Below are positions 57,749 to 64,000 of a stretch of DNA of 64,000 bases, one piece after another (within the stretch, counting starts at the first letter, position 1; every line of letters begins with the position of its first letter). The DNA is from Bacteroidia bacterium (lineage in GTDB: Bacteria > Bacteroidota > Bacteroidia > NS11-12g > UBA9320). Where the stretch lies: contig CBDCFW010000003.1 in the NCBI GenBank assembly GCA_965216465.1, forward strand, positions 64,001 through 128,000. Direction: 5' to 3'. The position numbers and the translations under genes were made by a program. A model generated the notes under the pieces. That model did no database searches. It was not told where the DNA came from and saw only the letters and a program-made list of their open reading frames with translations.

Positions 57749-58654
57749 TTATTTTAGATTGTTGAATGTGGTCAGTGCGTCGAAGTTTTTGGCTTCTTGA
57801 CCAACACGAATTATTCGCACTGATTTCATGTATACTGGAGTGTTTGGTCTATCTGCTTTCGATCTTGGAACATTTCCAATTGCGTCAACAATGTCTTGGC
57901 CTTTAATTACATAACCGAACACGTTATAACCTCCATCTAACCAAGGAGTAGCACGGTGCGTAATAAAAAATTGTGATCCATTTGTATTTGGACCAGAGTT
58001 GGCCATTGAGAAAGTTCCTACCTTATGAGAAAGATCTTTACTTGTTTCGTTTCTGAATTTGTATCCTGGTCCACCAGAACCAATTCCATCAGGGTCACCA
58101 CCTTGAATCATGAAGTTTGGAATTACTCGGTGAAATATCAAACTGTCGTAATAAGGAATTCCAAGGGGCTTTGCACCATTTTTAATACTTCCTTCAGCGA
58201 GACCAACAAAGTTTGCAACCGTTAAAGGTGCCTTTTCATACTCGAGCTTGCCATAGATATCGCCCATTGAAGTAGATACTTTAGCATACAATCCTGGTGT
58301 AGTTATGTGCAGATTTTTTTCAACTTCTTCTACAAGAGAATAGGTGTATGCTTTGCCCAATTCCTTTGCTTCTTTGCGCTTAAGCTTAGTTTTAGAAACT
58401 TTAAGAATATATGCAAAACCAGGTTCGTAATTAAAACCTTCTATTGCTTCGCCAAAAGGAGTAAGCTGTGAGGCATCAATGGGGTCTGTAACATCATTTA
58501 AGTACTGAATTTCAATGCAAGAAGCTTGCTCTTGTGCACAAAGCGATTGGTTATTATGGTGCACGTAGATTAAAAACTCAGTAGGCTTAGCCTTAAAGAA
58601 GCCTGAAAGGCCCACAAAAATTAGCAGTAGAGAAAATCCTTTTATCAATTTCAT
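57749..58654 (-). CDS. Exported cyclophilin-type peptidyl-prolyl isomerase with an N-terminal DUF4377-like domain
   Basis: AP.TVANFV.LA, FHRVIPNFMIQGGDP, SMANSGPNTNGSQFFIT, WLDG.Y.VFG. N-terminal C..C...IEGFNYEPG.Y.LKV. Confidence 0.88.
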   Translation of the reverse strand: MKLIKGFSLLLIFVGLSGFFKAKPTEFLIYVHHNNQSLCAQEQASCIEIQYLNDVTDPIDASQLTPFGEAIEGFNYEPGFAYILKVSKTKLKRKEAKELGKAYTYSLVEEVEKNLHITTPGLYAKVSTSMGDIYGKLEYEKAPLTVANFVGLAEGSIKNGAKPLGIPYYDSLIFHRVIPNFMIQGGDPDGIGSGGPGYKFRNETSKDLSHKVGTFSMANSGPNTNGSQFFITHRATPWLDGGYNVFGYVIKGQDIVDAIGNVPRSKADRPNTPVYMKSVRIIRVGQEAKNFDALTTFNNLK

Positions 58655-58659
58655 AGCGG

Positions 58660-58667
58660 CAAAAATA
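58660..58667 (-). promoter_or_regulatory. -7 element TATTTTTG
   Basis: Exact consensus, 5 nt before ATG 58654. Confidence 0.6.
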
Positions 58668-58780
58668 CAGAATTACATAAGCCTTTCTATGTTAAAAAAT
58701 AGTCACGAAGCAAAGCACGAATTGAAAACAAGTTAATGGCAATGGTCTAGTGTATTTTGCCTATCCTTGCACCATCGAAA

Positions 58781-60373
58781 ATGAGTCTTGAACAAGAACT
58801 AAATAGGAGAAAAACTTTTGGGATTATATCTCACCCTGATGCTGGTAAAACAACATTGACCGAGAAGCTTCTTTTATTCGGAGGGGCAATTCAAACTGCG
58901 GGTGCTGTAAAAAGCAATAAGATTAAGAAAACTGCTACTTCCGACTTTATGGAAATAGAGAAGCAAAGAGGGATATCTGTTGCTACTTCGGTAATGAGCT
59001 TTGAGTATAAAGGAAAAAAGATTAATATTCTTGATACTCCTGGTCACAAAGACTTTGCTGAGGATACTTACAGAACTTTAACGGCGGTAGATAGTGTTAT
59101 TTTGGTTGTTGACGTTGCAAAAGGGGTAGAGGCTCAAACGCGAAAACTGATGCAGGTTTGTCGTATGCGAAATACACCTGTTATAATCTTTGTAAACAAA
59201 ATGGATCGCGAAGGTCAGGAGCCCTTCGATATTCTTGATGAGTTAGAGTCTGAATTGAATATCAGTACTCGGCCGTTAAGTTGGCCAATAAACATGGGTA
59301 GTCGTTTTAAGGGTGTTTATCTGTTGCACGATAACTCACTAAACTTGTTTGAATCAAATAAAACAAGGAAGGCTGCTGAATATATTGAGATCAGTGACTT
59401 GAACGATAAAATGCTCGATGAGATGGTTGGTGAGGCCGATGCGGATCAGTTACGTGAAGATGTAGAGCTGATTAATGGAGTTTATGAACCTTTTGACCGC
59501 GAACTTTATGAAGAGGGTTTGTTAGCTCCAGTGTTCTTTGGCTCTGCACTAAACAACTTCGGTGTTCAAGAGATGCTCGACACATTTGTTGAAATTGCTC
59601 CAGGACCGCAGCCAAGGGTAACTGATGCTCGAGAAATAGCACCAGATGAGTCAAAGATGAGTGGATTTATATTCAAAATACACGCGAATCTTGATCCAAA
59701 TCATCGAGATAGAATTGCATTCTTACGTGTATGCTCTGGAACTTTCGAGCGAAATAAATTTTATATACATCCCCGAACAGAGAAAAAAATGCGTTTCAGC
59801 AATCCGTATACTTTTCTTGCTGATAGTAAGGAGGTTACGCAGTTTGCCTATCCAGGTGATGTTGTCGGATTATACGACACCGGAAACTTCAAAATTGGCG
59901 ATGGGTTGACTGAGGGGGAGAAAATTCAATTTCAAGGAATTCCGAGTTTTAGTCCTGAGTTGTTTAGAGAGGTTATCAATTTAGACCCAATGAAAACTAA
60001 GCAACTTGAGAAGGGACTAAATCAGCTAACTGATGAGGGCGTAGCTCAATTATTTACGCAACAACCAGGTAATAGAAAGATTATTGGTGTGGTAGGAGAG
60101 CTTCAGTTTGAAGTTATACAATACCGACTCGAACACGAGTACAATGCCAAAGCTCGATTTGAACCAATGCGTTATCACAAAGCCTGTTGGATGACGGGTG
60201 ACGAAGCCAAAATACAAGAGTTTATTAAGTATAAGCCAAGTGAGATTGTGAAAGACAAAGATGAAAACTTGGTATTCTTGGCTCAAACAGCCTTTGTTTT
60301 ACAAATGGCAAAGCAAAACAATCCAGAAATTGAATTTCACGAAACCAGTGAGTTCAAGGTTGCGAGTGCCTAG
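58781..60373 (+). CDS. prfC: Peptide chain release factor 3
   Basis: [79 protein letters not shown]. Start at ATG 58781. Confidence 0.98.
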   Translation: MSLEQELNRRKTFGIISHPDAGKTTLTEKLLLFGGAIQTAGAVKSNKIKKTATSDFMEIEKQRGISVATSVMSFEYKGKKINILDTPGHKDFAEDTYRTLTAVDSVILVVDVAKGVEAQTRKLMQVCRMRNTPVIIFVNKMDREGQEPFDILDELESELNISTRPLSWPINMGSRFKGVYLLHDNSLNLFESNKTRKAAEYIEISDLNDKMLDEMVGEADADQLREDVELINGVYEPFDRELYEEGLLAPVFFGSALNNFGVQEMLDTFVEIAPGPQPRVTDAREIAPDESKMSGFIFKIHANLDPNHRDRIAFLRVCSGTFERNKFYIHPRTEKKMRFSNPYTFLADSKEVTQFAYPGDVVGLYDTGNFKIGDGLTEGEKIQFQGIPSFSPELFREVINLDPMKTKQLEKGLNQLTDEGVAQLFTQQPGNRKIIGVVGELQFEVIQYRLEHEYNAKARFEPMRYHKACWMTGDEAKIQEFIKYKPSEIVKDKDENLVFLAQTAFVLQMAKQNNPEIEFHETSEFKVASA

Positions 60374-60382
60374 GTCTTACAA

Positions 60383-61756
60383 TCAATAAGCTTGGTGGTA
60401 AATTCTTAGCGTGCCTTTTTTACGACTGAGGTATTCAAAATACAGCACATCTTCGTTAAAGATTAAATAGTTATAAGACTTGTTTTCTTTTGAGGCGGTA
60501 GAAGAGTTTAGGGATAGACTCACCGTATTTTTTGCTATTGCACTGTATTCGCTGTTCCGGGTATCTAAAGTATTAAATGTTGAAGTGCTATAAGGTGACC
60601 AATCATCATTCATTAGTCGAATCTTTCCTTTTCTTCCAGCGTCACGTAATCCGCTAAAGTCATATTCCATCAAATTGTATTCGTCTTTACCTCCAATTAT
60701 AGAACGGTGAAGACCTAAGCTATCAAGGTACAGGGTATACCGCTGACCGTAAATTATGGTTTGGATTTCATTAATATTTACAAACAATCCACCGTTGAAA
60801 TCTTCCTTTAAAGCAATAACGGAAGGCTTTCTTATAACGTCGGCTGGTACATAACCTTCAAAATATTGAAAAGGAATTTCACTGAAATAAACCAGATCTA
60901 GATCTGAATTAAACTTGGCAATCCAAAGTCCGATAAAATTGTCTCCTAGTTTTTGAGTTGGGTACTTGTTTTTAAACTTAATGTCGAGCTTACCTAGTAA
61001 ATAAAAAGCATCACTCTCTTGGTATGTTCCAAATACTCTGGCATCAACACTACTGTTATAAGTAAAGCTGGTGTAATCGAGCTTCAGATCATAGGTTTTA
61101 GTTGAACGTTCTCTTGACACTAAGTCATATTTTGAAAGCAGAAGGTGCATTTCACTGTGATCTCTCTCCAACGTATACGTACTTGAAATTACATCAAATT
61201 CGTTTGAAGCAATGGTCTGCAATACCGTCGAATTGTATTTTTCTTCTGCGTGCAATACGGTGTAAATAGGGGTTAGACCCTCTGAACTTACTTCATATGC
61301 AATCATCTCATTTTCTTGACGTGAAAGCACGAAAAGATCTTCTAAAACGCAATACCAATAGGCCTCTTTATCTTGAAACTTAAGCTTATATGTGGGTTTC
61401 GTTATTTGGCCCGTTTCGGGTTGCATTTGGGTTATCCAAACATCGTTCTCAGTTTGACTGATGATGTATAAAGCAAGACTATCGGTAATTACTTCTAGGC
61501 GATTTAAATTGCTTTTCGACGCTTTAGGAATCTCAAAGCTGGAGCTCCAAACTTTTTTGCCCTGTGTTGTGATCAGGGTAGCATTCATGTTCGAATTCTT
61601 ATCCGAACAAGATATAAGAATGCAGCCATTCTTGACTTTTTTTAAGCCCAAAATTTCCAAATTTGTTTGTTCAAACACCGGAGCAATTTGTGCTTGGCTA
61701 AATCCACAGAAGAGTAGGAAAAGCAGCGTAAAGTACCTAGAAAATGTAGTAGTCAT
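60383..61756 (-). CDS. Secreted hypothetical protein, beta-rich
   Basis: 457-aa ORF with signal peptide (FSQAQ) and its own -7 element; no family recognised. Confidence 0.65.
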   Translation of the reverse strand: MTTTFSRYFTLLFLLFCGFSQAQIAPVFEQTNLEILGLKKVKNGCILISCSDKNSNMNATLITTQGKKVWSSSFEIPKASKSNLNRLEVITDSLALYIISQTENDVWITQMQPETGQITKPTYKLKFQDKEAYWYCVLEDLFVLSRQENEMIAYEVSSEGLTPIYTVLHAEEKYNSTVLQTIASNEFDVISSTYTLERDHSEMHLLLSKYDLVSRERSTKTYDLKLDYTSFTYNSSVDARVFGTYQESDAFYLLGKLDIKFKNKYPTQKLGDNFIGLWIAKFNSDLDLVYFSEIPFQYFEGYVPADVIRKPSVIALKEDFNGGLFVNINEIQTIIYGQRYTLYLDSLGLHRSIIGGKDEYNLMEYDFSGLRDAGRKGKIRLMNDDWSPYSTSTFNTLDTRNSEYSAIAKNTVSLSLNSSTASKENKSYNYLIFNEDVLYFEYLSRKKGTLRIYHQAY

Positions 61757-61762
61757 GTCCTA

Positions 61763-61770
61763 CAAATATA
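61763..61770 (-). promoter_or_regulatory. -7 element TATATTTG
   Basis: Exact consensus abutting the htrA stop codon, 6 nt before ATG 61756. Confidence 0.6.
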
Positions 61771-63195
61771 CTAGTAAAAATAGAAACTTAAGTATTGCTT
61801 AGAACCGCTAGGACTAACGCCTTCGATTCGAATCTGACCTTTTAAATTCTCCATGTAATTTAAGAATGATTCAAGATCTTCGAATTGCTTTTGATTAATT
61901 TTAGTAAAGATGAAGCCTTCAGGAATATTCATCTTACGAATCTTACCGTTGGTAATGTTTCTTACCTTAATTCCTGAGGAGATTCCAAATGTTTCTCTTT
62001 CGAGTTTAGAGACCATTTCAAATTCAGCACCAAGCGAAGTACTTTTCACGCTTTCTCTTTTAATCAATTCGGTTGTTCCTTCTTTGTTCACCAATTTGAA
62101 ATCCAGGTTTTTAGTAGATCCGTCTCTTGAAATTTCTAAATTAATGATGTCACCGGGTCTATGATAGGCAAGTAGTTCATCGTATTGTGCTTTTGAATTT
62201 ACTTCAGCTCCATCAAGCTTTAAGATTACATCGCCAGCTTCAAGCTTGTTGCCAACGAAAGAATTTGCTCCAGTTACACGTTCAATTAAAACTCCAGAGC
62301 TAACACCTAAAGTTTCAGAAATATTGCCATCAATGTCGGCAACTTCTATCCCTAAGAATCCGCGTTGAACTTCCCCAAATTCTTTTAAATCTTGAACAAT
62401 TTTTGAAACAATGTTACTTGGAATTGCAAATCCGTAACCAATATAAGACCCTGTTTTAGAGGCGATTGCGGTATTAACTCCTATGAGATTTCCTTTTAAA
62501 TCAACCAACGCCCCGCCACTATTTCCAGGATTAATCGCGGCATCGGTCTGGATAAATGATTCTATAGGAAATTGATTATTAACGATGTTAATATTTCTAC
62601 CTTTCGCACTTACGATACCAGCCGTTACGGTGCTGGTTAAGTTGAATGGATTTCCTACAGCGAGCACCCATTGTCCTATCTGTACCTTGTCAGAGTCTTC
62701 AAATTCAATGGCTATCAATCCATCCGTATTTATTTTAAGAAGAGCTAAATCACTACTTGGGTCCGAACCTACCAATTCAGCTGCGAATTCTTTTTTCGTG
62801 TCGTTCAGCACTACAGAAATTTTGTCAGCATTTTTAATAACGTGGTGGTTGGTAATAATGTATCCATCATTACTGATAATCACACCAGAACCTGTACTCG
62901 CAACCTTACCTACACTTCCAAAAGGATCGTAGCCGAAGAACCAAAAAGAATTGCGTTGATACTGTGATTCTGTTTTAATGAAAACAACACTTGGAGTACT
63001 CTTTTTCGAAGCAGTAATAAATCCGGTTTGAAGATCAGCTGCCTGTGCATCGCTTACCGTTCTGTATGGTGTAGATTGTTCTTGTTTAACTACAACAACG
63101 TTTTGTTCGTTGAACAGTGTTTTATATAAAAAAGCTCCTGAAAAAGATGCAATAAGCGTTAAGCCAGCAATGAGTAGTACCTGTTTTCCTTTCAT
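61771..63195 (-). CDS. htrA: HtrA/DegP (Do-family) serine protease with PDZ domains
   Basis: GSGVIIS.DGYIITNHHV, DLALLKI, IQTDAAINPGNSGGAL, followed by PDZ (RGFLGI). Confidence 0.95.
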   Translation of the reverse strand: MKGKQVLLIAGLTLIASFSGAFLYKTLFNEQNVVVVKQEQSTPYRTVSDAQAADLQTGFITASKKSTPSVVFIKTESQYQRNSFWFFGYDPFGSVGKVASTGSGVIISNDGYIITNHHVIKNADKISVVLNDTKKEFAAELVGSDPSSDLALLKINTDGLIAIEFEDSDKVQIGQWVLAVGNPFNLTSTVTAGIVSAKGRNINIVNNQFPIESFIQTDAAINPGNSGGALVDLKGNLIGVNTAIASKTGSYIGYGFAIPSNIVSKIVQDLKEFGEVQRGFLGIEVADIDGNISETLGVSSGVLIERVTGANSFVGNKLEAGDVILKLDGAEVNSKAQYDELLAYHRPGDIINLEISRDGSTKNLDFKLVNKEGTTELIKRESVKSTSLGAEFEMVSKLERETFGISSGIKVRNITNGKIRKMNIPEGFIFTKINQKQFEDLESFLNYMENLKGQIRIEGVSPSGSKQYLSFYFY

Positions 63196-63225
63196 ATCAT
63201 TATAACTGCAAATAGATTGCCAAAA

Positions 63226-63999
63226 TTATTTGATCTTCGTTTTTAGAAACAGGGTGATTTGCGGATTGTTTGGGTCGTTGGTATAAAGGATAACCGTTTT
63301 ACGTTGGTTTCCGTGCTTGTATAGGGCGTCAAATTGGGCCATTACTTTAATCGTTTCTCCAGGTGCAATTTCTTCTTTGAGGTCTGACAGAATTGCACAT
63401 GCACATGCAGCATCTATTCTTCTAATAATAAGTGGTGATTTACCCGTGTTAGAAATTTCTACTGGCATTTTTTTAACAGCACCGCTTCCCATAGTTCCGA
63501 AATCAATTTCAGTTGTAGAGAGCTCTATTCGTGGAGCTTTCTTCAACTTTCTTTTGCTTAAATGCGAAAAGTCATCTTGAAAAACCAAGCGATATGAGAT
63601 TGTTTTTAGCGGGAAAAATCGGTCGTTGGTGTTGACTTTTAGTTGCCCCATATATGGGCCAACGGTATCAGATTTAGTTGCATCAATTTTAAATTTGAGG
63701 TAGCCTGATTCATTAGGCTCAACACTAAGAGGTAAATTACTAACCGATATAAAACCGGGTAGACCATTAATAGATTCTACCTGAAGAGGTTTGTCGCCTT
63801 CGTTGGTAACTTTAATAGAATCCAATCGCAATCGAAGGTCGGAAACAACACCGAACGATACATTTAGGCGTTCTAATATTAAGTAACCAAACTCTCCTGG
63901 ATAATGTTGAATATCGCTTAGTCGCTCATACGACTTAACATCCGCAGTAAAGTTTAAACGAATTTGAAATTCATTGTCGAAGTTACCTCGAACATAAAT
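63226..63999 (-). CDS. DUF1573-domain protein (5' end outside window)
   Basis: DFG......I.NTG..PL.I......C.C......IAPGE......K.V..YTNDP. The frame stays open to the window edge. Confidence 0.85.
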   Translation of the reverse strand: MYVRGNFDNEFQIRLNFTADVKSYERLSDIQHYPGEFGYLILERLNVSFGVVSDLRLRLDSIKVTNEGDKPLQVESINGLPGFISVSNLPLSVEPNESGYLKFKIDATKSDTVGPYMGQLKVNTNDRFFPLKTISYRLVFQDDFSHLSKRKLKKAPRIELSTTEIDFGTMGSGAVKKMPVEISNTGKSPLIIRRIDAACACAILSDLKEEIAPGETIKVMAQFDALYKHGNQRKTVILYTNDPNNPQITLFLKTKIK

Positions 64000-64000
64000 C

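Noticed and set aside
1010-63580. The many 60-115 aa ORFs nested in or antisense to long genes in the ORF track
   Set aside because: They lie wholly within well-supported CDS, have no recognisable motifs and are of the size expected by chance.
1-64000. tRNA, rRNA, IS elements, prophage or anti-phage defence island
   Set aside because: Intergenic gaps are short (at most ~300 bp) and show no tRNA T-loop/cloverleaf signature. No ORF resembles a transposase, integrase, phage or known defence protein, and composition looks uniform by eye.

Overview
A 64-kb, AT-rich, gene-dense chromosomal segment of a Bacteroidota genome. The assignment rests on TAnnTTTG -7 promoter elements, type IX secretion (T9SS) C-terminal domains and typical Bacteroidota gene families; finer taxonomy cannot be read from the sequence. 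About 45 CDS are present. Housekeeping genes include gpmI, guaA, mutS, a recQ-family helicase, yidC, ald, purN, prfC and an htrA/degP-family protease, plus a two-component pair. There are many envelope and secreted proteins: two tandem ~1045-aa T9SS cargo paralogues, a 1149-aa uncharacterised outer-membrane beta-barrel, a ~1420-aa type-B-CTD surface protein, a subtilase and two TPR/PD40 peptidoglycan-binding proteins. I found no tRNA, rRNA, CRISPR array, transposase, integrase or phage gene. The best leads, all hypotheses, are: (1) a GT-C/PMT-like membrane glycosyltransferase head-to-head (16 bp) with a secreted protein whose stalk is packed with D-(S/T)-x O-glycosylation sequons; (2) the large barrel with a segment reminiscent of SprA; (3) a secreted protein with a clan-CD (caspase/gingipain-like) His-Cys signature; (4) a PorE-like protein carrying SPOR instead of OmpA; (5) apparently widespread leaderless transcription, including a gene whose start position is ATC; and (6) a cvfB-like gene broken by a single base. 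All family assignments come from motif recognition by eye, not from database searches.
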